Positions 17,548 through 26,684 of a stretch of DNA of 32,000 bases are shown here, one piece after another. The stretch covers positions 4,320,001 to 4,352,000 of the forward strand of contig NZ_LT934425.1 in assembly GCF_900232105.1 (NCBI RefSeq). Reading direction: 5' to 3'. The translations under genes were made by a program, and so were the position numbers. The stretch comes from Candidatus Kuenenia stuttgartensis. Its GTDB lineage: Bacteria; Planctomycetota; Brocadiia; Brocadiales; Brocadiaceae. Below the pieces are notes generated by a model, which had not been told where the DNA came from, ran no database searches, and was given only the letters and a program-made list of their open reading frames with translations. Positions within the stretch are counted from its first letter, which is position 1. Every line of letters begins with the position of its first letter.

Positions 17548-17575
17548 TTTCGGATTTCGGATTTCGGATTTCGTG
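17548..17575. repeat. Tandem heptamer repeat (TTTCGGA x3 plus a partial unit)
   Basis: GTTTCGGATTTCGGATTTCGGATTTCGTG read directly from the sequence. Confidence 0.8.
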
Positions 17576-17743
17576 TTTCACCGTTACCGTAAATTATTTT
17601 AACATATATCCTCATAGTCACTTAATCATTGTCTATATTTATATTTTTATTGCTCTGTATGTACGTGTTTGATACAATTGCAAAACTTTTTGTAAATAAT
17701 GGCAGATGCGTTCTCTTTTTAGTATAGAAAAGGAGTTGTTGAG

Positions 17744-17986
17744 ATGGGACTTTTTTTGGGAAAAATCATAGGTCTCTATGAAATTGTTTTGATTATTAGA
17801 ATCGTACTTTCCTGGGTACCGCATAATCCCTATAACCAGGCAATACAGTTTTTGTATAAAATCACTGACCCCGTATTGAATCCGGTGCGCAGATACATTC
17901 CGACGTTCAGAGGCATTGACTTCTCCCCTATCGTGGTATTCATCGGATTAGGGATTGTTAAAAGAATTATTATGGAGATGTTTTGA
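17744..17986 (+). CDS. yggT: YggT-family membrane protein
   Basis: 80 aa. LIIRIVLSWVPHNPYNQAIQFLYKITDPVLNPVRRYIP...GIDFSPIV is the YggT signature. AAGGAG lies 8 nt upstream. Confidence 0.85.
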   Translation: MGLFLGKIIGLYEIVLIIRIVLSWVPHNPYNQAIQFLYKITDPVLNPVRRYIPTFRGIDFSPIVVFIGLGIVKRIIMEMF

Positions 17987-18313
17987 GGGGTATGCATTAT
18001 CCCTGTCCGGGAGACAGAGGTTTTAGGCAAACAAAAAGAGATTGAAACCACAGATTGTACCGGTTCATCGTCCAAAATCTGTGGAATCTGTAGTTTCAGT
18101 AATTTCTTCTAAAATCTGACTCCTTTGTTAAAGAGAAATTCTCTGTAAAGATATAAATATCCTCTAATTTCGCTTGGAATCTCACCCTCTTCTAATCAAT
18201 CCTTCTGGAAAATAAACAAAGAATTTTTTTAAGATGTTACCTGACCTGAACAAACTGAAAGTGAAATACAGGGTAAGGCGTTAGACAGGGAAGATACATT
18301 CATCATTCGTTAA

Positions 18314-19612
18314 ATGTCATACTATTTTGTGTTCTGTTTTTCTATGATAACCGCTCCAAAAAATAAAATTATTATTTTTGATGTTGACGGAGTCCTTTTC
18401 AGAGGACATTTTCTTCTTCATTTATCAAGACGTCTTGGTCTTTTACTTTCTATCCGCACGTTCTTGTTATGCATATTGTTCAACATCGGCAAATTACCCT
18501 TCCATACCTTTATAAAAAGGGTATACCGTTCCTTTCGCAATATTCCGCTTGAACAGGCAAGGAAAGTATACGAAGAGATACCTCTTATCCAGAATGCGAA
18601 AGAAACAATTGAAATATTGCGGGGGCATGGTTATTTGGTGTTTTTAATAAGCAGCGGTGTTCCTGATGTATTTGTTAAAGACCTTGCAGCAAGGGTATCT
18701 GCAAACAATGGATATGGTATTACCGTTGGCATTGACAACGGCGCATTAACAGGGGAAATATACGGACAGCTTATTATGCCCGAGGGAAAGGTAAACATCA
18801 TTGAAAGTGAATTGCAACACTATGATCTTTCATGGCATGATGTAATTGTACTGGTAGATGACCGCAATAATTCAGACATTTTGCAAAAATCGAATATAGG
18901 CATAGGAGTAAACGCTCAGTATTCAATCCGCAGGCAGGCAGATTATTTAATTGATAACAACAACCTGTCTGAACTGTTGGATATTCTGGATATAGCAGAT
19001 GCAAACACATACAAGGCCCTCTTTTCAGGGATGCGTAAACAATTTGAGCATTCATGGTACCAGGAAATACGCAGAAAACTTTTACACATCATAATTGCAC
19101 TTGTACCTGTTTTTTCCCAATATATCTTTATAACCACCCTATCGGTGCTTTTTTCCATAGTAGTTTTCTATTTGATTTCAGAGTTTTTGAGGGTCAACGG
19201 GCTTTCTTTTCCCCTGTTAGGCCTTGTTACGAAATCAAGTATACGTAAACGGGAGGAACGCGGCATTGCTTTTGGACCTATCACCTTAATATTGGGCGCA
19301 GCTTTTTCCATATTGATTTTCCCAAAAGAAATAGCAAGCGCTGTTATATGGATCGTCGCCTTTTCCGATGCTGCCGCAACTCTGGTGGGGAAAAGTATCG
19401 GGAAAATCAGGATACCTTATAACAGGCAAAAAAGTGTAGAAGGGTCTTTGGCGGCGCTGGCTGTTGCCATAATTTGCGGATGCATCTTCCTTCCTATTGC
19501 GCCAGCCTTAATTGCCGCCTTTGTTGCATGCTTTATTGAATCATTACCGCTAAGGGCAGCAGATAATTTACTGATGCCTGTTGGCGCCGGATTGATATTA
19601 TTGTGTTTTTGA
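18314..19612 (+). CDS. Fusion protein: HAD-superfamily phosphatase domain plus integral-membrane polyprenol/dolichol-kinase or CdsA-like (CTP-dependent) domain
   Basis: N-terminal IIIFDVDGVLF (HAD motif I), LISSG and LVDDRNNSD (HAD motifs). The C-terminal half is polytopic, with EIRRKLLHI, FSDAAATLVGKSIGK and KSVEGSLA, which are typical of the phosphatidate cytidylyltransferase/dolichol kinase family. An alternative start lies at 18344. Confidence 0.65.
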   Translation: MSYYFVFCFSMITAPKNKIIIFDVDGVLFRGHFLLHLSRRLGLLLSIRTFLLCILFNIGKLPFHTFIKRVYRSFRNIPLEQARKVYEEIPLIQNAKETIEILRGHGYLVFLISSGVPDVFVKDLAARVSANNGYGITVGIDNGALTGEIYGQLIMPEGKVNIIESELQHYDLSWHDVIVLVDDRNNSDILQKSNIGIGVNAQYSIRRQADYLIDNNNLSELLDILDIADANTYKALFSGMRKQFEHSWYQEIRRKLLHIIIALVPVFSQYIFITTLSVLFSIVVFYLISEFLRVNGLSFPLLGLVTKSSIRKREERGIAFGPITLILGAAFSILIFPKEIASAVIWIVAFSDAAATLVGKSIGKIRIPYNRQKSVEGSLAALAVAIICGCIFLPIAPALIAAFVACFIESLPLRAADNLLMPVGAGLILLCF

Positions 19613-19631
19613 AATCCTGAAACATACATCT

Positions 19632-20855
19632 ATGTACATTAGAAAGCCCGAATTGGTTGCCCCTGCAGGCGATATGGAGAAACTTAAAACAGCCATTGAA
19701 TATGGCGCTGACTCTGTATACATTGGCGCAGAAGGTTTTAATCTTCGGATGGGCGCGGAAAATCTTACTATGCAGGAAATTCGAAATGCCGTTGATTATG
19801 TTCATGAAAAAGAGAAAAAAATATACGTTGCGCTCAATATTTATGCACGGAATTATCATATTCGCCGCATTGTCTCTTGCGTGAAAGCACTTGCGGAGAT
19901 ACCGGTAGATGCGGTAATCGTGTCTGATCCGGGAATTTTATTAACGATAAAAGAAATAGCTCCTCACATAAAAATCCATCTTAGCACACAGGCAAACACC
20001 ACAAACTTTAAATCACTCGAATTTTGGCGTCAACAAGGTATAAAAAGAGCCGTCCTTGCCCGTGAATTAACACTTGGAGAAATTGAAGAAATTATTGCCA
20101 ATACCGCAGTAGAGACCGAAGTATTTGTACATGGTGCTATGTGTATGGCGTATTCAGGGCGTTGTTTATTAAGCAGCTATATGTCAAACCGGCATGCAAA
20201 TTTAGGCGATTGTTCGCATTCCTGCCGTTGGAAATATGTGCTGAAGGAAGAAAACCGGCCTGGGGAAACATTTCCTATTATTCAGGATGAAACAGGCACT
20301 TACATTTTAAGTTCAAAGGATTTATGCATGCTTGAATATATTCCAGAATTAGTGTCCGCAGGTATTACTGCATGGAAGATTGAAGGACGCATGAAGAGCC
20401 AATACTATGTAGCCTCCGTAACAAGAATCTATCGCGAGGCATTGGACCGTTATTTTTCTGACCCTGAAAATTACGTAATTGATGAGCAATGGTTATCTGA
20501 ACTGGAAAAGACGAGTCATCGTGAATTTGGCACCGGATTCTTTCTGGGATATCGTGAAAATAATCCGCAAGTCAGCCACCAGGACCATGCCTATATTAAA
20601 GAATATGAATTCCTGGGGATTATTAATAATGTATCTAATGATAACATCGCAGAAATATTAGTAAAAAATACCATTAAGGAAAATATCCCTATCGAAATAA
20701 TGGGCAAGAAATTAAAGGACGATTTTGAAGAGCCGTACCTGAAGATGAGGAATGAATTGAATGAACCAATAAAAATAGCGAATGCCGGACAGAAAATATT
20801 CGCAAAATTATCGCAGCCCGTTCATAAATATTTTATACTAAGAAAATGTGGTTAA
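19632..20855 (+). CDS. U32-family peptidase-like protein (PrtC/RlhA/UbiU-type)
   Basis: 407 aa. Motifs KPELVAPAGDMEKLKTAIEYGADSVYIG, EVFVHGAMCMAYSGRCLLS and the GDCSHSCRW cysteine cluster. Confidence 0.85.
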   Translation: MYIRKPELVAPAGDMEKLKTAIEYGADSVYIGAEGFNLRMGAENLTMQEIRNAVDYVHEKEKKIYVALNIYARNYHIRRIVSCVKALAEIPVDAVIVSDPGILLTIKEIAPHIKIHLSTQANTTNFKSLEFWRQQGIKRAVLARELTLGEIEEIIANTAVETEVFVHGAMCMAYSGRCLLSSYMSNRHANLGDCSHSCRWKYVLKEENRPGETFPIIQDETGTYILSSKDLCMLEYIPELVSAGITAWKIEGRMKSQYYVASVTRIYREALDRYFSDPENYVIDEQWLSELEKTSHREFGTGFFLGYRENNPQVSHQDHAYIKEYEFLGIINNVSNDNIAEILVKNTIKENIPIEIMGKKLKDDFEEPYLKMRNELNEPIKIANAGQKIFAKLSQPVHKYFILRKCG

Positions 20856-20981
20856 TTTAAAATCTAAATCGTTCCCGTGGCGGCTGGAGTTCCCCCCCAT
20901 GCCGCCTCTGAATTAAATGTAATATGATAGTAATCAACGTTTATTTTCTACATTTTTATTAAAAGAGAAAGAATATTAGAA

Positions 20982-22022
20982 ATGAACCAAAAAATAGCCC
21001 TACTCCTTGTTTTATTAATAGTCTTTACTGGATGCAGCAGCAGTTCGAAAGAATATTTAAATAATCTATCGCCCTTTAAAAGCGAGGGGAAAACGCTCGA
21101 ACCAAAGAAAGGCGCAAAGGTTACTGAGGCAGACAAATATGAACAAATATTTGTCTGTTCCGGAGACATTAACGTTGCCTATCAAAATATGGGGCAGGTG
21201 AGCCTTGGTGAGTATGGGTTTTCAGGGCATGATGTCCTGGCAAAAAAAATAAAAGAGAAGGCATTTCTGGTTGGAGTACAGGCGGTAATAAATGTGCAAT
21301 ATGATACAGGATACGCAAAAACCTACCGGTCTTACGGAGAACTTGGCGGCACTGATTATGGTGTAAATAAGACATCGTGGGTGAAGGGGACAGGCATTGT
21401 TCTTATAGAAAAACATGATCCCATTGGTTTAATTGTATGCAGCCTGACCAGGGAAAACAAAGAATGGTTTCGGTTTAAACCTAGTCAAAGCGGCGTTCTG
21501 GTTGTCAGCGTTCTTGAAGGAAGTGTTGCTGCAAAAGCGGGGATTAAAACGGAGGATCTCATTATGGACTGGAACGGAGAAAAAATTACGACGAAAAAAC
21601 AATTTGCCATGTTAACGGAAACTTCCGCCAACAAAGAAGCAAAACTTACTATACTGCGTTCAGATGGCATTATTGTTGTTACTTTGCGTATTCCTGAACA
21701 CGATTCTACCATTAATACTTCGCAGGTATCTGAACCATTGCGTAAGGAGATCGCTTCAACCCCGGTAACTGCCCCGCACAAACCGCCTATAAGAAAATCT
21801 GAATTAAAGTCCGCAGAGGTACACAATGAGATTGGCGACCTTTTACTGCGAAAGGGAATGTATCAGGAAGCAATGGAAGAATACAAAAAAGCTGTTGAAG
21901 CCGACCCATATAAAGCGCTCTCTCATTTTAATCTGAGCATCGCATATGAAAAGCTGGGTTTAAAAAGGGAAGCGGATGAGGAGTTTGCCCTTTATAAAAA
22001 ATTAAAGGTGCAAAAAAATTGA
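20982..22022 (+). CDS. Lipoprotein with PDZ domain and C-terminal TPR repeats
   Basis: Signal and lipobox MNQKIALLLVLLIVFTGC. PDZ-like segment GVLVVSVLEGSVAAKAGIKTEDLIMDWNGEKI. TPR-like segment AEVHNEIGDLLLRKGMYQEAMEEYKKAVEADPYKALSHFNLSIAYEKLG. Confidence 0.7.
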   Translation: MNQKIALLLVLLIVFTGCSSSSKEYLNNLSPFKSEGKTLEPKKGAKVTEADKYEQIFVCSGDINVAYQNMGQVSLGEYGFSGHDVLAKKIKEKAFLVGVQAVINVQYDTGYAKTYRSYGELGGTDYGVNKTSWVKGTGIVLIEKHDPIGLIVCSLTRENKEWFRFKPSQSGVLVVSVLEGSVAAKAGIKTEDLIMDWNGEKITTKKQFAMLTETSANKEAKLTILRSDGIIVVTLRIPEHDSTINTSQVSEPLRKEIASTPVTAPHKPPIRKSELKSAEVHNEIGDLLLRKGMYQEAMEEYKKAVEADPYKALSHFNLSIAYEKLGLKREADEEFALYKKLKVQKN

Positions 22023-22045
22023 ATTGATATCATGAAATAAAAAAT

Positions 22046-22759
22046 ATGAAGAAATTACTGGTAAGTACTAATAACCATTTTTGTTGTAAAAAATATATGC
22101 CTTTCATTTTATTAAAAAGCATTTTTCTCTTTTTTTTAACGATATCCTCTTTTTGCCTGCTAAAAGAATCCTTTGGCGAGAATCTACTCAAAAATGGCGA
22201 TTTTGAAACCGGCAATACTTCGGGCTGGATATGTTGGGAAACATTTCCATGGGACGGCGATGGCATTCCGGTGAAACATCCAGCAAGAGTAGATATTCAT
22301 GTTCCGGGGACAATAGGAGTTCCCACACCACCGGCAATAAGCGGTTTATACGCTTTAACACAAGAGGTAACCGCTGAAGGAACAGCCCGCGGCGGTATTT
22401 ATCAGGAACTGAATATCAATGCACATTCTACCTATGTGCTGACGGGTAGCATGGCATTCTACGGTGATAATATTGGAGATATTACTATTATAGGCTTACT
22501 TGACGGGCAGTGGAACCCTGTAAATACTTCAACCACTCCTTTTAAATTTTATATTGGCGGCGACACGGTTTCTTCATGGACTAAATTTTCACTCTCAATT
22601 ATTCCGTCAAAAAATATTATTACCGTATTTACCGAAACATGCCAGGATTGGGGATATGGGTATGTGGCAGGCTGGTATGACAATCTCTCCTTACAATTTG
22701 TCTACGAAAACAGCAAACCTTTCTCATCGGAAAAAACTCCGCCAGAAGTCCAGAAGTAA
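22046..22759 (+). CDS. Secreted protein with CBM4/9-like (galactose-binding-like) jelly-roll domain
   Basis: A hydrophobic N-terminus is followed by GENLLKNGDFETGNTSGW, a motif typical of CBM4_9-type modules. The function is unknown. Confidence 0.5.
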   Translation: MKKLLVSTNNHFCCKKYMPFILLKSIFLFFLTISSFCLLKESFGENLLKNGDFETGNTSGWICWETFPWDGDGIPVKHPARVDIHVPGTIGVPTPPAISGLYALTQEVTAEGTARGGIYQELNINAHSTYVLTGSMAFYGDNIGDITIIGLLDGQWNPVNTSTTPFKFYIGGDTVSSWTKFSLSIIPSKNIITVFTETCQDWGYGYVAGWYDNLSLQFVYENSKPFSSEKTPPEVQK

Positions 22760-22880
22760 TAATAAAATCCAATCCAATCCAATCAGAAAATTCAATAGCA
22801 TTTAACATCCTGAAATAAGACAATGAGTAATGATTAGTAACACTTTAGTTCTATGAAAAATAAAAAATGCTTGTTCCCAT

Positions 22881-23626
22881 CACGGCGCTGTCAAAGTTTT
22901 CCATAAGCGCATAATATACAAAGATATGTAAAAAAACGTGGACATTCCCCCTAAAATATTTTATATTATAGGGCATGAACCAGCATACAACACCAATCGA
23001 TAACACACACAATGAACTACTTTGTTCAATTACCGTTCGTCCTGTTTCACAAAACGACCAGGCAAATTGGGACATACTGATGCGCCAGCATCATTACCTT
23101 GGATTTCATTCTCTCGTAGGAGAATCAATTCGCTACGTAGCGGAATCACAGGGACAATGGCTTGCCTTGATCGGCTGGGCTGCCGCAGCATTAAAATGTA
23201 CCGTTCGCGATAAGTGGATTGGATGGCCGCCATTTTTAAAATCGCAACGACTGAAACTCATAGCAAACAACTCACGTTTCCTGATCCTTCCTCAGATACA
23301 CGTACCAAACCTTGCCTCCCGTATTCTTTCTCTTAACCTTAAGCGCTTATCACAAGACTGGACTAAGGTCTATGGGCATCCAATCTGGCTTGTGGAGACC
23401 TTTGTCGATCCTCGTTTTTTTAAAGGCGTCTGCTATAAGGCCGCAGGATGGATTTTTTTAGGACATTCAACCGGTTTTGCCAGATCATCACAAGGCTATC
23501 TTCTGCACAATAAGCCAAAGATGGTCTTTGTTCGCTCATTGAATGCACAAGTCCAAAAACAACTTAACAACCTTAATCTTACCATACAATTAAGAAAGGA
23601 GACAAAGCCTATGAAATTATCTTTAA
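22881..23626 (+). mobile_element. ISAs1-family element with DUF4338-like domain, copy 2 (5' 746 bp only)
   Basis: Near-identical to 16432-15687 in reverse complement. Identity ends at TTAA (23623-23626), where the next IS begins. Confidence 0.8.
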
Positions 23627-23649
23627 CACCGATTTTCACACACACATAA
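22975..23649 (+). pseudogene. DUF4338-like domain ORF (truncated copy of the ISAs1 fusion transposase)
   Basis: The first 217 aa differ at 2 residues from ORF 15055-16338. The tail TPIFTHT* is read-through into the inserted IS. Confidence 0.8.
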
Positions 23650-25809
23650 ACCATCATAATACACCCCTTAAAGTCGTCTGTGTTTGAAGGCTGCAGAGCG
23701 ATGAATTTATTTTGCCCTTACCTTGTAAACTTATATTACAAAATAGTCTATGCCTTGTATTTCATTACTTGCCTGTTAGTAGTAACAAATTACATTTTTA
23801 AATCAGGGCATTTTTGCATTATTCGGGAATTTCAGCAAATTTTGGGATTTTAGGGTGATAATATGATGAACAAAATGCTTGATTGATGATTATAAGTGTG
23901 CTACAATTCTGAATATTAACCAATTAGCAAGCGCAAATACCTCTCAAATAGAAGGTATTTGACGGTATTATCAGTATTCAGCAAGAATATTACAAATGCA
24001 TAATCATCATAATAACACCCTAATACATGGCAAACTTAATCTAGTTTCATATTTCAATAATCCTGTTTCACAAAGACAAAAACAATATGAAGCAGTAAGG
24101 GCCATTGTAATTGACAAACAGGCAGTTGAGACTGTAGCAACAAAATTTGGTTACAAGCCAGGCACGGTTTATTCTTTAATGAGAGACGTTAATGCAGGGA
24201 AAATAGAACTTTTCCCTATCGTGCGAAAGGGCCCTAAAAAGAAAAGGACTACTTGTGATGTTCAGGATAAAATTATCAAATACAGGAAACAGGGACTATC
24301 GACAACCGACATCCATAGCCGCCTTGCGGAAGAGGAGATCAATATATCTGCAATCACAGTAGAACGTATTCTGAAAACCGCAGGGTTCGGCAAACTAAAA
24401 CGCAGAACGAATAATGAACTTGGAAAAACTCTTAAAAACAAAATCATACCGGAACGTTCGGAACACCTGGATTTTGAGATACTCGAATATCTTAATGTGG
24501 ATTGCCCCACGGCCGGGGTTTTCTTTTTTATCCCTTATATCATAGAATCCGGTATCCTTGATTTGTTGCAGGAATGTAAGTTGCCTGAATCAAGCGATAT
24601 TGGATCGACGCAAGCCTGTCTTTCCATGTTACTGCTGAAATTAATAGGCGAGAGGAGGCTGACCCATATTTGTGCTTATGACCAGGAACCTGGCTTTGGA
24701 GTTTTTGCCGGATTAAACGTTCTTCCGAAGCCTACATACATGAACACCTATTCATGCCGTTGCTCTGAAACTCAGTTGATGAATTTGCAAAGCAAAGTTG
24801 TTTCGCTTTTCAGGAAAAAGTATCCGGACTTTTATAGTAGCGACTATATAAATCTTGATTTTCACTCGATCCCGCATTATGGGGATGAATCCGAAATGGA
24901 AAAGATCTGGTGTGGGTCTAAGGGTAAGACCATGAAAGGCGCTAATACCATCATTGCGTCTGATAGTAAAAGCAATGCAGTTTTATATACAAGAGCTGAT
25001 ATACTACGGCGCGAAGAGTCGCAAGAGGTTAAAAAGTTTGTAAGTTACTGGAAAAATATAAAAGGCAATGTTAGCGAAACACTTGTTTTTGATTGCAAGT
25101 TTACGGCTTACAATATCCTTGACGATCTTGAAAATGACAAGGTAAAGTTCATAACGCTTCGTAAACGTTATGCCGGCCTTGTGAAGGAAACATTGGTACT
25201 TCCAAAGGAGGTATGGAAAAAAGTTTATATTCCGGTTCCAAAGCGAAAGTATAAAAACGTCTCAGTTTATGAAAGCGAAGTCAGGCTTAAAGATTGTAAA
25301 AACATTTTCAGGCAAATAGTGGTGAAAGATCACGGACGGGAGAACCCTACATTTATTTTAACCAATAGCAAAGAGCTGTCCTTACAAAGGGTATTGGAAG
25401 TTTACGCTAAACGATGGCGGATAGAAAACAAAATAGCCGAACTGGTAATGTTTTTCAATCTGAACTCTCTGTCTTCACCTATTATGATCCGTATTCATTT
25501 TGACATTCTATGGACAATGATTGCTGATACCCTGTATCATCGATTCGCATGCGACCTGAGACGTTTTGAAAATAATCTTGCCCCTGCAATATTCAGGAAG
25601 TTTATTGATATGCCGGGGAGGGTCGTTTATGACGGTGGTAAGTTTTTTGTGAAAATAAGAAAAAGAGCACATACTCCGGTTTTGATGGAAGTAAAAAAAT
25701 TACAAACTCCATTCGCTGTTCCATGGCTTGGAGGAAAATCTATTGAAATTGTCTGGACGGCATGATTAGGGTGTTTTTATGATGGTTTTCATGCCTGTGA
25801 AAATCGGTG
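23627..25809 (+). mobile_element. Unassigned DDE insertion sequence (2183 bp) with ~40-bp imperfect IRs and TTAA on both flanks
   Basis: The left end is CACCGATTTTCACACACACATAAACCATCATAATACACCC. The reverse complement of the right end is CACCGATTTTCACAGGCATGAAAACCATCATAAAAACACCC. TTAA lies at 23623-23626 and 25810-25813. Confidence 0.75.
23996..25765 (+). CDS. DDE transposase, IS4-superfamily-like, family unresolved
   Basis: 589 aa. N-terminal HTH-like segments (VATKFGYKPGTVYSLMRD, QGLSTTDIHSRL), INLDFHSIP, FDCKFTAYN and YAKRWRIENKIAELV (YxxRxxxE-type motif). Confidence 0.7.
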   Translation: MHNHHNNTLIHGKLNLVSYFNNPVSQRQKQYEAVRAIVIDKQAVETVATKFGYKPGTVYSLMRDVNAGKIELFPIVRKGPKKKRTTCDVQDKIIKYRKQGLSTTDIHSRLAEEEINISAITVERILKTAGFGKLKRRTNNELGKTLKNKIIPERSEHLDFEILEYLNVDCPTAGVFFFIPYIIESGILDLLQECKLPESSDIGSTQACLSMLLLKLIGERRLTHICAYDQEPGFGVFAGLNVLPKPTYMNTYSCRCSETQLMNLQSKVVSLFRKKYPDFYSSDYINLDFHSIPHYGDESEMEKIWCGSKGKTMKGANTIIASDSKSNAVLYTRADILRREESQEVKKFVSYWKNIKGNVSETLVFDCKFTAYNILDDLENDKVKFITLRKRYAGLVKETLVLPKEVWKKVYIPVPKRKYKNVSVYESEVRLKDCKNIFRQIVVKDHGRENPTFILTNSKELSLQRVLEVYAKRWRIENKIAELVMFFNLNSLSSPIMIRIHFDILWTMIADTLYHRFACDLRRFENNLAPAIFRKFIDMPGRVVYDGGKFFVKIRKRAHTPVLMEVKKLQTPFAVPWLGGKSIEIVWTA

Positions 25810-25850
25810 TTAAAGACCTGTCCATAATTCAAATTCGGGACTTTTGTCAT
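25810..25850 (-). pseudogene. Possible HicA/YcfA-like toxin, first 13 codons only
   Basis: MTKVPNLNYGQVF... starts in an ATGA overlap with the hicB stop and is cut by the IS terminus at 25809. The K-[LIV]-P-x-L pattern fits HicA N-termini, but the fragment is very short. Confidence 0.35.
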
Positions 25851-25976
25851 AGGGCAATTTCTAATACCTGTGCATCAGGATTATACCTCATATCATCGTC
25901 AACAGGTTCAAGATATAATTCAATGGCTTCTCTGATATTTTTTAACGCCTCTTCCTTCGTATTGCCCTCGCTTATA
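25847..25976 (-). pseudogene. hicB: HicB-like (UPF0150) antitoxin, C-terminal part (residues 26-67)
   Basis: (I)SEGNTKEEALKNIREAIELYLEPVDDDMRYNPDAQVLEIAL*. It joins in frame to the N-terminal part at 30350-30426 once the nested IS are removed. Confidence 0.75.
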
Positions 25977-25988
25977 TAGTCAAACAAA

Positions 25989-26684
25989 TCAGATTTTCGA
26001 AATTTGCTCGCCAATAATTTGAAAATTTTCAGTTAAAAGAGTAGACAATTCATCTGTATACTCGTTAATATTTTTGAAAAAACTTAAACATTTGTTTTTA
26101 AACTTCTCATAAGTATCATAATACTTGTTATACAATATTTTTTTGCGAAAGAATTTCCATAATCTTTCAATGAGATTTAAATTGGGTGAATAGGAAGGGA
26201 GAAATTTGATCTTTATTCTCGAATTTGCAAGGTATTCTTTGACCAACTTAGACCTGTAATATTTAGCATTATCAGAGATTATGTAAATAGTACCGGCTTG
26301 AGCATACCTTGACTCTATTTCATGGAAAAGCTTTATTGTTGATTGAGCATTGATGCTTTCATCTTCCCGGATTGTTACTTCAAAGGTTTCTATGTCAATA
26401 GCCCCGTTTAAATTTATTCTTTTCCTGCCGGTATTAGAGGGTATTTCCTTCTTTTTGCCTTTCTCTATCCAGCAATATGCAGACGTAGAATTGTGCTGTG
26501 GATGAACTCCATCCATAAAAAGTATCTTATCTCCGGGGGCTTTCTCTTCTTTGAGTTGTTTGTATTTTTCGATAAATTCTTTTTGTTTTTCAGGGTTTGC
26601 TTTGCCTGGAACTATTGTAGTTTTCTTGTAAGTAAAGCCTAATCTATCGAGGGTATGTACCATTCCTTCGGGTGTATAGATTTT
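25989..26684 (-). pseudogene. IS630-family transposase, DDE (DDE_3) part
   Basis: FMDGVHPQHN, IISDNAKYYRS and LPSYSPNLNLIERLW form the D, D, E triad context. It is in frame with 28074-28415 after ISL3 excision (…TFNKI-YTPEG-MVHTLDRLGFTYKK…, about 345 aa in total). Confidence 0.85.

Noticed and set aside
20856-20981. The hairpin GGCGGC...GCCGCC (about 20880-20910) as a rho-independent terminator after the U32 gene
   Set aside because: The loop is about 16 nt and no T-run follows, so it does not meet the usual intrinsic-terminator pattern.
22766-22785. The AATCC pentamer run after the CBM-like gene as a functional repeat
   Set aside because: There are only about 3.5 units with no partner sequence or associated feature. 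It is most simply a slippage product.
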